From Phoronis australis (taxonomy: Eukaryota; Animalia; Phoronida), in NCBI GenBank assembly GCA_002633005.1, contig NMRA01000165.1, forward strand, positions 223,958-287,957: a stretch of DNA of 64,000 bases, written 5' to 3'. Positions 38,083-51,784 of the stretch are shown one piece after another. The translations under genes were made by a program, and so were the position numbers. Below the pieces are notes generated by a model, which searched no databases, was not told the DNA's origin, and worked only from the letters and a program-made list of their open reading frames with translations. Position 1 is the stretch's first letter. Each line of letters starts with the position of its first letter.

Positions 38083-38394
38083 GTGAGGATAAAATTTCAG
38101 ATCTATGCAGTGCCCTAAATTTGATTCCATGTTTTTGTTTCTTGCTTGTCTGTGTATCCCACTATTTCTATCTGAGTAGTACACATTAGAATGAAACGTC
38201 ACTGAGGAACCACAAAATACAGGTGAAAGTAAAATCAGATAAAATAACATTAAAGTGGTCATAAACCTTCCTTTATGCACGGAACATTAATTTATAGCTG
38301 TTAGATGTTATTGTCTATATTTACTATAAGCACAGCCCCAGAAATGGCTTCCGCATTATATCCATGTTCTCATTAACTCCCCTGCATACACTTA

Positions 38395-38528
38395 CTAGTA
38401 AGACCGAGCTCAGAGTAGTAGGAGACACCTTTGTGCAATGCTCGATTGTCAGCCAGTGAAGCTAGGATTGAACCCAGGTCTCCCAAACAGAAGTCCAGAG
38501 CTCAAACCAGTGAGCTACACTATCGCCT
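38395..38528 (-). mobile_element. tRNA-derived SINE; second copy at about 58915-59005
   Basis: Minus-strand A box TAGCTCACTGG and B box GGTTCAATCC. The body sequence (gtaagaccgagctcagag...gtgcaatgctcgatt) is shared with 58921. Confidence 0.75.
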
Positions 38529-38693
38529 GTACATTAATTGTGTTGGGTATTCAGTTGAACTAATGAAAGCTACTTATCTGGTTTATGGAAGTGGAATTAA
38601 ATACTAAGAAATGACTGCTATGTATTGAAGCATAAGTATGTAAATGTGATATATTTTTGATGCTTAAAATTCCTTTTGTTATTTAAATCATAA

Positions 38694-38828
<135 letters not shown>

Positions 38829-40572
38829 TGATGGTGTGTTTTAAAATAGGATGAGTATAGTCTTTAAAGTGCTTAAAACCACCATGTACCTTGTTGTGAC
38901 AAGTGACTACATTGTCAGCATCCTTAAACCTCGCTTTATAGTACTGCATACCACATTCAGTATCCCAAAAATGACATAAAAGCAAATTCAACTAAAAGTT
39001 TCTTAGCTCCCCAGACATGAGTGTGGCACATAAAAGTACCCAGCGCTTGGGTGTCATACCTACCAACATGCGAGTTTCTTGTACAAACTCGCACCATATC
39101 TATGCTTCTCCACAAAAAGTGAAAATGGCCATAGCGAGGTCAAGTACTAAGTTGTCACAACCACGCCAAATACAACACCTCACCATTTTTTATCAGAAAA
39201 TGTGCTGCATTATTCGACGACTTTTTGCACTCAACACAGTGGAGGATGACTAGTAAGAGTGCTGTGTTTCGTTGTCCCAATTTTACGTAGCATGTATCGA
39301 CCAATAAATCCTCATAACTCGATATTAGCTAATTAGCTTATTGTCAGATAGTGTTTGTGGGTGTTCTAATTTGAAACTGGATCGAATGGTGGTGTTCTGT
39401 TTTGTTTTTGATATTAAATGGGTAATTTTAAGCACTTTAAATCTCACGTAAGTCAGAAGCGGATAGAAATGGAATTTTCTGTTATCTTGAACAAAGCTGT
39501 TACCCTTCACTCAAATTGTGAGATTTTGCCTCTGAGGGTAGGAATCAAGTTTTACCCTATGTCCATATTTACTTTCTTACTAGGGGGTTAGTGGGGAATG
39601 TTGTACACATTATGACAATCTAGGCTCAAAAAACCCTGGGAAATTTGACTTTCTTTGTGACACGATATCGCTGAAATGACTTAGCGTATTTAGTTGATAC
39701 TTTTAGATGTAAAGATATCTTGAACAACTTAGTAGACCTATAAAAAATCTATGTGTATCATCCTCACAGAATCTTATGTGCATGAAAGCTACACCCAGGT
39801 ATTCGAAATCACATGGTTGCATTTCTTCTAAAAATAGTGTTTTTCATGGTAATCAACGAATTTTCTACAAACATGAATTTTTCACAAAACTTGAAAAATT
39901 CTCACTGTTTCTTTATTTATTAGCTGAAAGTTTTCCAAGGCATTTTAGTCTGAGAACTCTGCTATCAAAAATAAAGACATTCACATTCCTTGAAAAAGGA
40001 AGGCTTCTTTTTTGACAAGCCAACTCTTTGGGCTAAAAAGCCTTAAAATGAAAATTCCAAATGTTGTTTTGTTGCTAATAGAATAATCATACAGTATTTG
40101 CAAGTTTCCTGTAAAAGAATGTGTGTGTGGAAAATTTGATGATCGTGACAAATCTTGTGTTTTAGAAAAAATTCAGTCAATAGACATGTGATTCCAAGCT
40201 TCTGGACATTGCTTTTGCACACATAATGAGATTTTGTTATCAAGATTTTTTGTAATTTTATGAGTTTGTTATTGATGCTCGGAAGGTTATTGAAGAAATT
40301 TGATCCTTGTTCCTATTTCATTAAGTAGCTATGGGTCGTTAGAGGCTGAGATTTGATTTTTTGCTTTTATGCTCTGCTTGGAGCATAATCCTTGGAAGAG
40401 GGACTGATGGTTTTATTTTCAGTGACTCAGTGAATTTTCAAAATAAGTTGAGGTTGATGATCCTCTTCCTGAGTGTGTAGTTGGCTGTGATCTTTCCAAA
40501 AAGTGGTCGTGGACACCCCTGATAGATGCTCGAATGTTCATATTTCATACTGAGTTTGCTGTCACATTACAG

Positions 40573-40719
40573 TTAATGGACAACCAGCACCTTTAGCCAC
40601 AGACGAAGTGAAGCACATCAAAAATGAACTACGTAATATTCGCGACACTGTCAACCAATTGCTAGACAGACTGGAGCCGAGGCCAATGATCCAAAAAGTG
40701 AACCAGCCCTTGGAGGAAG
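40573..40719 (+). CDS. TFG: TFG coding exon 3 (coiled coil)
   Basis: VNGQPAPLATDEVKHIKNELRNIRDTVNQLLDRLEP, 147 nt, ag/gt boundaries. Confidence 0.93.
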
Positions 40720-41759
40720 GTTTGTCTTGCTTTGTTGATGTTACTGTCCGTTAATCCAACAATTATTGAAGGCATCGAATACGTCTTTGTGTCCATGCGG
40801 CACAGTTCAATGTCAGTTAATGAAGCTTAACAATTAAGTCTGCCCTGAAACAATAGTGCATTATTACTTTGTATGATGTACTAAAAACAACTGTCTCGTG
40901 CAATTCCTTTGTCATTATATGGATGACTGCTACCCCACAGCCCTTTATGCACACAAAGGACTGTGGGGGCAGCAGTCATCCACAGCAACACTGCTACTAG
41001 ATATTAAACAGTCTGTTGAAATCACTTCATTAAGCAGTGAGTAGTTAAGTGTAACATAGATGTGAGTAACCAGGTAGCATCTGTCCAAAATCAACAACCA
41101 AGCCACTAAGTAGACGGTCAACTATGTGTCACTTCTGGATTCCGCTGATCAATGCTCTGGGATGTGCACACAAGAACTTAAATCATCGAGATTGGTTCAA
41201 CTCACTAATGTGTGTTGATTCCTGGGTATGAAAAGTGGAACGACATGTGTTAATTGCCAATGCCAGTTATTAGTGGCCTTGTCATGCTGTTGTATTCTTG
41301 TTCATATTTTTTGTTTTAAAAGTGTAGTAGCTTATTGCTGTGCAGTGTCTACCTAGAAGACATGGATTGATATTGTACCTGATCTCGATAATTATGGTAA
41401 ACATTCTTTAGTTTGGGGCACAACAAAGCGGGCTGGTGAAATTTCATTTTGTCAATTTCTCAAGAATAATAACTTTACTGGAAAATTCACTTTCGCTTTT
41501 AGCATGATTTGTATGGCGTAGCTATTAGCGAACAATATGTGGTAAATGTTTGAGCATTTGCAACAATGTTGTAAGCCGCTGGAAAATAGAAATATGGCAA
41601 CTTTATACTATTAATATTTGCCCCAAATTGAAATTTTTTTACCGTACTTTATGTTATTAGAAAAGGACCAGTCCAAAACCCTGGTGGCAGCTTAAGAACT
41701 AAGTACACTTTAAGTGAATGATAAAATTTCAGGTTAAATCGTACTGACTACTTTTTCAG

Positions 41760-41897
41760 AGGAGGAGTCCCCAGTTCATATTCAACACGTGAACGTGGCA
41801 GGTGATAAAGACTTTGACCCACTGTCCACGCAGAGGTCTGTTGAGGAGAATGTACAGAATAACATTGCCTCATCGTTCGGCATTGCTGCTGATGGCG
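41760..41897 (+). CDS. TFG: TFG coding exon 4
   Basis: DFDPLSTQRSVEENVQNNIASSFGI (cf. [21 protein letters not shown]), 138 nt, ag/gt boundaries. Confidence 0.9.
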
Positions 41898-43740
41898 GTA
41901 AGTTGGCTATAGACAGTCTTCCATTTCTGATGGATTTGACCTGATGTACACCAATGGCCATTTTTATTGCTTTCGAGAGTTTGGGCATCTACCTCTCTGT
42001 AGGCCTAACAAAAAATATTTTCAAGTTCACGGCTGTTTTCCCTAAACCCCTAGAGGATCTTTTTGGAATTTGGCAAGTGTATCTTATGAACACGACAACA
42101 GATGTATTGGACTACTATTGTGTTTATACATGTATACAGGACAAATAAAAGTGATTTTTATTTGCACGACATTACAAACATCTCCTGTTGAGTGATTATT
42201 TCCGATGACAACAGTTTTCACATGCAGGATCTGCACTATTGTTACTTTCCGGCAGAGTGTTGCAGGCATCCTCACAGAGGCAAAAGTTTCCGCTTCAATC
42301 TTTCTAGTTACTGATGCTACACAGCCAATGTGAATTTGTGCACCATGTTGGTTAATTTATTTCACGCTGTGTGGTAACGATACTCCATCGGCACTAAAAG
42401 GTAACTGCTGCCTGACCACCTATTATTAATTGGTAACAAAAACTATAACTTAAAAATAGCAGCTGACCACCATAAAATTGGGTCTGTTGATGGCTAGTTG
42501 GCAATCAGTGAGAATCGGGAGCGATGCGGCTTATCAGATGGCAGTGTGGTCAGCTGCTGGCCTGCGGAAACTTTTCAGAATGGTTGTCGACTCATTTCCA
42601 ACTGGTCGTTAACTCATTTCTCATTGCTTAGACAAAAATTTGTGATCTGTGCTGTATGTGTTTTTTCTGGGAAGTGCATGGTCGAGGATGATTTTCAGAC
42701 AAGCCTGACTGCTGTAGTGCCCTCTAGTGACAACTTTCTTTGTTTTTGCCTGTGCTTCAATATGTATGAAGTTCATTGATGAATCTGCGTGCAATTTGTA
42801 TGTGCTTTTATTGAGAACAGTACAAGTGGATTTGGGCAAATTTGAAGTGTATGAAAGGCAATTTCACTTTTAGTTGCGTTTGCTTTGATATCTACCAAGG
42901 TCAGGCAGATGCGATCTACGTTGCACCCCCTAGTGATCTTTTTGTATCTGTTCTGTGTGGTCTGCCTCCCTATCTTCCGAACTACTTGAACAATCACAGT
43001 GGGGAGAGTATTGCTGACCTGATGTGCACTCCCTGGAGGCTATTTTCAGTTTACTAACATGCTCCCTTTAGTGGGAAAGTTTAGGTGCTTATCAATGCTC
43101 TGTGTTGCTCTTGTCGGATATTGTGGCAGTTTACTAAAATATGCTTTGTAGCTAGAAAGCGAAAGAGTACATGGGGGACAATGTTCAGCTCCACCTACAG
43201 TTCATTCCAGTGATTTAGATGGAAGATTTATTGGAGTGGGATTTCATAGTTTTTTTTTTGTAAATTCTCTGCCTTCATTAAGCTGTCGAATTCCTTCACT
43301 GCAGTGAAATGTTCAAATGGTTCACGCAAAAAGTCCAACACCACAATATAGCCGTAAGTGAAAGAGATTGCATTTTGTTTTTGTCAACTTGAAATGTTAT
43401 GCTCAACGGAAGTTGAAATCAGGTCAAGCGAAAGATGCTTTCATGTTTTTTGACTGCACTAAGGAGCTGATGCAGGATGTTGCCTGTTTTGTCAAAATTG
43501 GACTGGCTTTGTCAAAATTATTGCATAGAGGGAAACTTAACTTTAAATGGACCATAATTTTTTCTTCAAAGAGAAGACTGAGGTTTCGTCAACATTGTTT
43601 GAAAATTAATGTGTTCTGGCTAGTACCAAGATTTTTTGGCTATTCGCTAGAGTACATTTACTCAAAATGTTGAAGCAATTTTTTTCTTTGTGTAATTTGT
43701 TTTGTGTTTGAAAATAGTTTTCAACATTCCTTCGAATAGT

Positions 43741-44146
43741 TTAAAGATGTATTTGCATGCTCCTACCTATGCTAATGTATGGAAGGAACTAAATGCTATT
43801 TGAACATCATCTACGCTAAACTAAGTGCGGTTGTATTCATTGACAACTTGTAAATGTGAAAACAAAAAAGTCTGCAAAGAGGTGACCTTTGCACTAATGG
43901 CATTCCTTGGGGGCTCACATAACCTGCATCATGCAGTGTTATTGTCCAACACCACGTCACGGTACCTACTGGACATTTTTGAGTGATTTACGGCGGATCA
44001 TTTTCGTCACATAACTCGTTCTTAAATTAAAACATTTGGCAATTTTCAACCTACTTCATTTTCACATCATCGCTATATTATGTGTTTCCAACTAATTAGA
44101 CCAAGTAATCACAGAGATAAGGAATGAACGTGCAAGTTCCTCTTTA
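43741..44146 (+). mobile_element. About 400-bp interspersed repeat, copy 1 (copy 2 inverted at 45171-45570, copy 3 direct at 45780-46190)
   Basis: Shared strings gtattcattgacaa, aggtgacctttgcact, acatttggcaattttcaa and caagttcc. TTAA-like ends. Confidence 0.8.
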
Positions 44147-44192
44147 AGGCCTTGATGACTTGACCTTTTACCTATACCCCAATCACTTTTAG

Positions 44193-44438
44193 CTCGACCT
44201 AACACTCCAGACAGTATCAGCAGCAGTAGTTCTGCGACAGCACGCCTACCACAGTCAGCTCAACAGTCTCCATACCATACAGCACAACAACAGCAACAGC
44301 TTCAAGAGCAACAGCAGCAGCAGCTTCAACAGCAGCAGCTACAGCAACAACAACAACAACAGCAGCAACAGCAGCCTCATCAAACACAGCAACAACAGCC
44401 CCAATATGGTGCTCAGGCGACTGCGCCTTCATCCCAAG
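44193..44438 (+). CDS. TFG: TFG coding exon 5 (polyQ-rich)
   Basis: RPNTPDSISSSSSA (cf. RSGTPDSIASSSSA) followed by a CAG/CAA-rich tract, 246 nt, ag/gt boundaries. Confidence 0.9.
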
Positions 44439-44619
44439 GTAAGCGCTTACAATTTGCAGCGTTTATAGATAATGTTCATTATTTTTTAGTGGGTGTTATA
44501 TCTGACTGTATTGTTGGCTTTGAACTTCAATCGCGGAAGTTGACACTTAAAATGTGAAGGCCTATTTACAACGTTCAAACTAAGAATTCATTCTCCAAAA
44601 ATGTGAGTGTATATTGTAG

Positions 44620-44834
44620 GGTATGGAGTTCCACCTAGTGGTTATCAACAGTCTCAGGTGGGTGGTTATACTCAACAGCCACAGCCCTCCCAGTCATACC
44701 AGAGTCAGCCTGGCCAACCTCAGTATGGTCAGACAGGGTCAGCCCCTCAGGGCTACGGCTACCCTCCTCAGCCAGGAGTTAGGCAGCCACAGCAGACACG
44801 TCCTCCGACACCACCACAAACAGGTTATGGTCAG
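44620..44834 (+). CDS. TFG: TFG coding exon 6 (P/Q/G/Y-rich)
   Basis: GYGVPPSGYQQSQ...TGYGQ, tgtag acceptor, gtaac donor. Phases are consistent. Confidence 0.88.
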
Positions 44835-46279
44835 GTAACAGTGACTTGATATTAATTAGTGCCATTCCTTGAGGTTTTCTGTAACGTTACTCTCAGTTCC
44901 TTAGGGTAACATGGCTTTGCATTTGAAAGTAAATCAATTTGGAAGTTGAAGCTTTTCAATTTGTATATTTTCAAAAGCCATTTTTCATTAATTTTGTTTC
45001 CACTTGTCAGACTTAGCTCTTCAGATTTATTTTTAAGGTTATGTAGGAACTTATTGATAAATCTGTGTGTTTATTTAACTAATTAACTACAAAACTGTAG
45101 GTTTTAACCCTGTAGAAGTATATGGAAAGCTAGTAAAATTCGATTTTTTAACTTTTTACCAATCTGACATTCAAGTGGAACTTGCAGGCTAATTCCTTTT
45201 CTCTGTGATTGCTTTGCTATATTAGTTAGAAACACAACATACAGCGATGATGTGAATGTGAAGTAGGTTGAAGTTTGCCAAATGCTTTTAAGAACGAGTT
45301 TTGTGGTGAAAATGATCTCCCGTATATCACTCAAACGTGTCCAGTAAGTATCGTGACGTGGTGTTGGGGAATATGATGCAGGCTGTATGAGCCTCGAGGT
45401 ATGCCATCAGTGCAAAGGTCATCTATTTTCAGAATTTTTTGCTTTCACATTTTACAAGTTGCTAATGAATACAACAGCACTTTATTTAGCATAGATTATG
45501 TTAAAGTAACATTGTCGTTAAATTCCTGCTATATGTTGGCATAGTTAGGAGCATGCAAAAACATCTTTAAATGGGTCTTGTGACCATGCCTTTTAAATTT
45601 AGCAAAAATGGAGGGAACATACATTGCAGTACATATGAATCCGATCAGGTTTGTCTATCGTCCAGTTATTGCTGAGTCTGATATTTTGCGCATGCAAAGA
45701 TTGCTCTTGTCAGAATGCTTCATTTGAAGATGCATAATGCTATAATGTACTAATGATGAGCCAGAAATGCAAATACTAGTTGAAGATGTATTGGCATGCT
45801 TCTGACTAAGCTGATTTAACAGAAGCTTAACGACAATGCTATTTGAACGTCATCCACACTAAACAAAGTGCAATTGTATTCATTGACAATTTGCAAATTT
45901 GAAAACAAAAAAATTCTGCATATAGGTGACCTTTGCACTGATGACGTACCCCACGGGCTCACATAGCCTGCATCACGCAAGTGTTATTCCCCAGCACCAA
46001 ATCACGATATTTACTGGACACGGTTCAGTGATTTTGCCAAGGATCATTTTTGCCCCAAGACTCGGTTCTTAAAAACATTTGGCAATTTTCAAACTACTTG
46101 ATATTCACATCCTCGCAATATGTTATGTGTCTAATTAATTTGGCCAAGCAATGACAGAGATAAGTAATTAGCCTACAAGTTCCACTTTGAGGATAACCCA
46201 TGAAGTGTGGAATCTTTTTTGAGTGTATTGTGCTTTCATAAAATTATGGTGAACTAATTAGTACTACTCTTTTTCACAG

Positions 46280-46480
46280 CCCCAAAGCCAGTCACCCCAG
46301 CCTGGATACAGAATGCCCACTCCGCAACAGCCTGCCCAAGGTCAAGGACAGTATGGAGGCTATCCACCAGGTGGAGCCACCACCCAGCCCCCTGCAGGTG
46401 GTAACCCATATGCAGCCCGTCCTGGCTATGGTCAGTTTGCACGGCCAGGGTCCTACCCTCAACAGCCAGGTTACCAGTGA
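46280..46480 (+). CDS. TFG: TFG last coding exon
   Basis: Ends GGNPYAARPGYGQFARPGSYPQQPGYQ* (cf. [24 protein letters not shown]). The assembled CDS is 1254 nt, 417 aa from ATG 37860. Confidence 0.92.
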   Translation, partial: PQSQSPQPGYRMPTPQQPAQGQGQYGGYPPGGATTQPPAGGNPYAARPGYGQFARPGSYPQQPGYQ

Positions 46481-46839
46481 CCTTGATGTGAACTAGCTCA
46501 TTTATTATGTTCAAGATAAGGTGATGAACTTGCATCATGGGAATTGTAGCTACCGTAGTTCATATCTTCAGGACTGATGGGGACTGTTATAAGACTTGTA
46601 AGAAACCTGTCAAAATGTGTAAATTTGTGGCATGTTTCATTTCTTGATTAAAATTTTCCTGTCTAAATATACAACGTCTCCTGAACAGATTATTTGATAT
46701 TATATTGTCTCACAGTTCCCTTTTGTGAGCAAGTGATCCCTGGTTTCATCTTGTGTGTACATTTATTTCTAGGCAAATCTGATTAAACCAGATTTTCATC
46801 GTTTGTTGTATTATATGAGTAGCCTTATAAAAGTCGCTT

Positions 46840-46845
46840 AATAAA
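46840..46845 (+). terminator. Candidate TFG polyadenylation signal
   Basis: AATAAA 360 nt after the stop, followed by GT/T-rich sequence. Confidence 0.5.
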
Positions 46846-47917
46846 TGTGTAGCCTGTGTTTTTGATCATTTCTGTTTTCACAGCAGTTTGTCATCCACAA
46901 GTTATTACACACTGACATTTTACCTGTAGCTTGGTATGGCCAATAACTCTGGACAACTATTCATAACTTTCATGATGCTTGATTTTTATAAATTATGCCA
47001 ACTGATGGTACCTTCTTCCATCTATTTAGATGGGAATTTCTACTTCATTGGGTGGCAGAAGGGAAGCTCAATACTGTTTACTGCATGAAAAAACATTTTT
47101 TGGAAAAAAGTGAGGTTACTACGTTGTCAGTCAGTAGTGTTCTGATTGGTTCCTGAAAGTCTTCCACGAAACTGGCGCAGGGATGATACCAGTGTCGGCC
47201 GTATTTTGTAATGCAAGACTGAGAATCTTGGTTATTGGATGCAGTAGTACTCTGACAAGAATTAACGGTTCTCTTGTGATAACTACACTTCAACTAACCT
47301 CCTCAAAAGTAATTTCTCTTCTTCATTGTTGTTTCCTTTTTTCTAGACAATAGCAGTTTGTCCTGAATGAAATCGATATGTGATATTATGTATATATGTA
47401 TAGCACGGTTCCATCCAATCTCACCAAATGTCATAGTGTTTACTGGTGGTGCCATAAAGGCAGCTGTGGATACTAGAGATCAGTTCATGAAAAAAACAGT
47501 CTCTGCTTTGCACTTAGTTTTTTGGCAGGAGCTTCGACCTGTTCTTGTAATTGTAGGTCACCTGATGGTGTTGCAACGCTTCTGTGTGTGCTGGGTAGAG
47601 TTCAGTAGCTGTCATGCAGCTAGAAAAATCACATATTCACATTTAAAACACACGGCAATATTTCTGACACTTAATATCGCGAGGTCCTGGTGAGGTGCTA
47701 GTGTTACTGAACTCTAACCTGGTGTTTGTTTTTGTCAATGTTTATGTTTATAACCATTCAGTAGGAAGTGCTATATGTCATAAAAATAAATGCCAATTAT
47801 AATAAACATTAAATTTTTACGTTTAATTAATAAAACTGTCAGATAATAAAATATAAATGCAGTTAACACAGTCACAAGTTTTGCTTTGCAATTTTAAAAT
47901 CCTTTAGACATTTTCCA

Positions 47918-48010
47918 TCATGGGAGGGGCTTCTTCCGTAGCTGCCAGTATAAGCCACTAGTGATCTCTGGTGTCAAGTCTTTAATACATTCCAACTCTA
48001 CCTTGACTTC
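47918..48010 (-). CDS. FAAP100: FAAP100 last exon
   Basis: cacag acceptor. Encodes EVKVELECIKDLTPEITSGLYWQLRKKPLP* (cf. LYRQLRHP at the FAAP100 C-terminus). Confidence 0.75.
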   Translation of the reverse strand, partial: EVKVELECIKDLTPEITSGLYWQLRKKPLP

Positions 48011-48737
48011 CTGTGGAATATCAAATGGTAAAATTGACTTGGTAAGGTCATTATCTCAGATAATTCATCACTATTCAATTTCTAAACATGGCAAGAATGT
48101 TTTACAAGATATATGACAACCGTTGTTCCTATCCTGTGTAAAACTTGTATTATGAGGAGGTGTTACCCAGCTTGTCATATATCACTTTTCATTCAAGCTG
48201 CCCAATTGCACGCTGCAGACACCATAACCCCTGATTGTGTGAACAAAGATAATGAGTTGGCAAAGGCAGTGGTACATCACAGTAGGAAAATCATGCCAAT
48301 CTCTGGACGTTTTAGAGGAAAGAAGCTTCAGTGGTCAAATGAAAACCAAATAATAGACTGATCGCTTGGGCATATTGGGTTACATGGACCACCCCTCAGT
48401 TCTTTGGTCCCCAAACAAGAGGAGTTGGTCATGAAAGTAACATACAATGTGGATCATTTAAAGTAACCAGTTTGGAAATGGAGAGTAGCGCAGAATGAAT
48501 TCATTGTAAATAATGTGTGAAACAAAACAACGACCAGACATTAATATTTTATCTGTTAACACTTCAACAGCTGGTAATTTTAATTGCTTTGAACGGAACC
48601 ACCCATAATTTTTTATTTCAAGTGCTTTCCCAGTTCGAATACCAATTTCACTGGAGCAACTCTCAGCAGAAAGTAGTTGAAACTGGGCCTATAGTACACC
48701 AAATAGCTGGTATACTGCTGATACTGGACCAACTCAC

Positions 48738-48809
48738 TTCAACATGGCTCAGGTACTGGCGAAGGGCTTTAGTGACAAGTGGAGCTGACTTGGGTATATT
48801 GGAGAGTCT
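48738..48809 (-). CDS. FAAP100: FAAP100 exon 6
   Basis: tttacag acceptor, gtgag donor, 72 nt in frame: RLSNIPKSAPLVTKALRQYLSHVE. Confidence 0.7.
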
Positions 48810-50220
48810 CTGTAAAAATGCCATATGCAAGAAAAGATGTAACATATTACATACAGCATACGGTCAAATCACATCAATTTAGGACAAAAGATGGCAGATA
48901 TGACGAATAATTATATTTTTGCTTTTTTCAGAAACCATACGTAGCACCAATGCTTACAGCACCCTCGAGTCCTGAACTGTACATGAAACTACTAACCAAA
49001 CAATGTTTCAAAAAACGGTGGGCTTTCACAACAATGGCAGAAACCCTTTTTTGTAAAAAACAACAATTTTGGCAATTATTTTTATCCCAAATTGGTGAGA
49101 TTTTACTGTGCTTAACTTAAAGCCAACACTCGCTGGATTGTGTCCATGTTGCAATTACTCCAACAAGCACTTGGCCAGGCAACCAGCCATGGGGCAAATG
49201 CACAAAAGAATGTTGCCATTCCTAAGAGAAGTGTTAAATAGTTCTTCTGAAGCCCAGGAATAACTTCAATCCTTGGTAATAGCAATTACTGTGAACAGCA
49301 AGTAGAGTGAAACTGTGCTTTGAAATTGAACATGGTGAATTTGTCAGGCGCATAGCTGGATGTGTGGGCTAAAACACTTGATGGCAAAATTGACTCTTGA
49401 CTTTTGCTGGGATGAGTTTAACATTTTATTTCATCACTGCAAAGTGTGCTGATCAGCAAGTTATTTCCCTATTCTTGACTAATATAATCCTCAATTTCAA
49501 GGCACAGTATAAAGATATTACTAAGAAGACAGTTGTGCTAAATCTTGAACAAGTCCTTATTTCACATTTTTTGATATTTCAATCAATCAATTACCTGTCG
49601 AATTGCAGTTAATGCAATGGTCTCTAAAATGTCCATTGTTGAGGTTTAATTGACCCAACATTACTACAGCATGGGAAAAGAGCATTGGATAAAGGGGGAG
49701 GGGGGGGGGNAACTATCAATTTTACCATTACATTGCTGTTTTTGACAATTCACAACACAGGAGAGGTGACAATCAAGTAATCGCTATTTAACTGATTAGA
49801 AGTTAGTATTGAACGTGCTGAACATAAACACCACGAATAGTTCTAGATTACCGATTACCACCTCTCTGTTGGAAAGACTGTTGTGACCATGAATTCAAAA
49901 TGATTTGGATTCAGGATGTAAGTTTAGAATGTCAGACAAGAGAGACGAGGTATATATTGGAGCAAGCGGGTATGAATTTCATTGACTGTCGATAATGTTT
50001 TTTCACCTGAAATATCAGCACATGCTGCAATGTAGCTCTATATGTTGAGCAGAACTACCTGCCTGGGAAGCGTGTATTTTCAAGGTCTGTACAAAATTTA
50101 CATGCAACGTTCCCTAGCTGTATTTTGGCCCTGGTCTCATACAGCTGACTGGCTGGCTAAACAGATTTTGATCCATTAATTCACTGAGAATCCCCCAACC
50201 AAACTGTAAACTCGGCATAC

Positions 50221-50429
50221 CTGAATTTTGGCATGTAGTGATGACATCACAGACCACAACAACAAACGTGAAGGTGCATGTACAGTCACTTCCACATTGT
50301 CGTCCTTTGTGGACACTGAAAGAGACACCTGGCAGCCATCAGGAGAGACAGCTCGAATGAAATCTTGTTCACAACTAGTTGGCTTTACTAGAGATCCATG
50401 GAACAGGAACTGTAGAAATGACTGCTCAT
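50221..50429 (-). CDS. FAAP100: FAAP100 exon 5
   Basis: DEQSFLQFLF...IRAVSPDGCQVSLSV...LHAKIQ, ag/gt boundaries, phases consistent. Confidence 0.8.
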
Positions 50430-50921
50430 CTGAAATATATAAATTCAACACATATTGACAAAAATAATAGCTGCCTCAGTTATATTTTTGTTGATGCGAC
50501 ATTCACCAACAGTACTATGAAAGAAAAATAGAGAATCAACAAAATCTTAACATTTACTTAATCAATGAATAGATAACTACAAAATTAATACAAAAGTCGG
50601 ACTTGCATATCCTCGCTTAACCAGTCATACGGTAATGGAGGTTCTAGTTCATGTATTCGTCCCCTCGCTAGAGGTAACAAAAAACTAAGTTTTGATTTAG
50701 ACCATGTCCGATAGAAAATGGCCTCAAATTTTCCTTAGTGATTTCAGGCCTTGGGAAGAGCTTACAGTTCGCTACCTCCTTGGATCCCAGTTTAAATTAT
50801 AATTGGAGAAACAGGTGATCTCGGAATTGTCCACAGATATTCAAATGCACAAACACATGCAGGCAACAAGTTACATAAACCTCCCAGTCCAAGGTATATA
50901 ACCACAAACTAAATTATTTAC

Positions 50922-51713
50922 CAGGCTTCCTCTTTTTCTTCACTGTTCTTGGCACTACCAGACATGCAGAGACACCATGTTCCTCACATGTCTCTGTGAA
51001 ACTGTAGCCCAAAGCACACTTCCTCTGTTCCCCGATCTTGTTGATAACATTAATTAAATCAGACTCAGCATCCTTCAAAGACTGAGCAAATCCTGGTAGC
51101 GGTCTCAGTAAATCTATGTAGTCCACAACAGCAGGGGAAAGAACTACATCAACAGAAGCTCCATCTATTGATCCAGCTGAGAAACTATATATCATCACTG
51201 GTTTGACATTGATTGGTACACACCTCACTATTGATAGAGTTAATGGAATACGCACCAACTGACACTGCTGAGGCTGAAGTTTGTGTAACCTAAGTGACTG
51301 ACTGATGGCTTTGCCATCCTCACAGTTACTCATTTCTAAACCAATGGACACAGTCCATCCATCACCTAGAGCTATGGATGATCCATTGATCAATTTACAT
51401 TCCAGAATAAGTTCAAATGTCATGCCTAGTTCTTGCTGTGTGACAGCACATTCAAACTTGATTGGGGCTTTATCCGGCTTATTAGCACTTGCAATGTGGC
51501 TGGCAAGGTTTAGCTGCACGAGAACATCGCTGTACTGACCAAACAGTTCTGAAGTCCTATTCAACTGCCTGTGGACAGCACCAATTCTTGTCAACAGGTC
51601 CTTCAGACGATCAGAAGTTGCCAGGTAACTGTGTTTAGTCAAATCATTGCCAGGTGAGATGAATTTGACCCTTCCTGACTTCAACACAGCAAACAGCAAC
51701 TCTGGTGAATTAC
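50922..51713 (-). CDS. FAAP100: FAAP100 exon 4
   Basis: DLLTRIGAV...LVQLN...CKLINGSSIALGDGWTVSI...VVDYIDLLRP parallels FAAP100 LLSGIGNIS...LTSLN...CVLENSSSFSLDQGWTLCI...TVDMLQCLRFP. Confidence 0.85.
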
Positions 51714-51784
51714 CTGCATATCACAAAGAATACTTTCAGTCATCTAGTTGAGTAAATAATATGTAGAAAATTATCGGACTTAGG

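Noticed and set aside
38440-38528. tRNA gene
   Set aside because: A and B boxes are present, but the cloverleaf is degenerate and the body is shared with another copy. It is a SINE head.
42500-43200. Possible snoRNA or poison exon in TFG intron 4
   Set aside because: It contains TACTAAC and loose C/D-like words, but no well-spaced box pair with a terminal stem and no convincing exon boundaries.
49693-49710. G-run as a G-quadruplex
   Set aside because: It ends at an N, so its length and sequence are unreliable.
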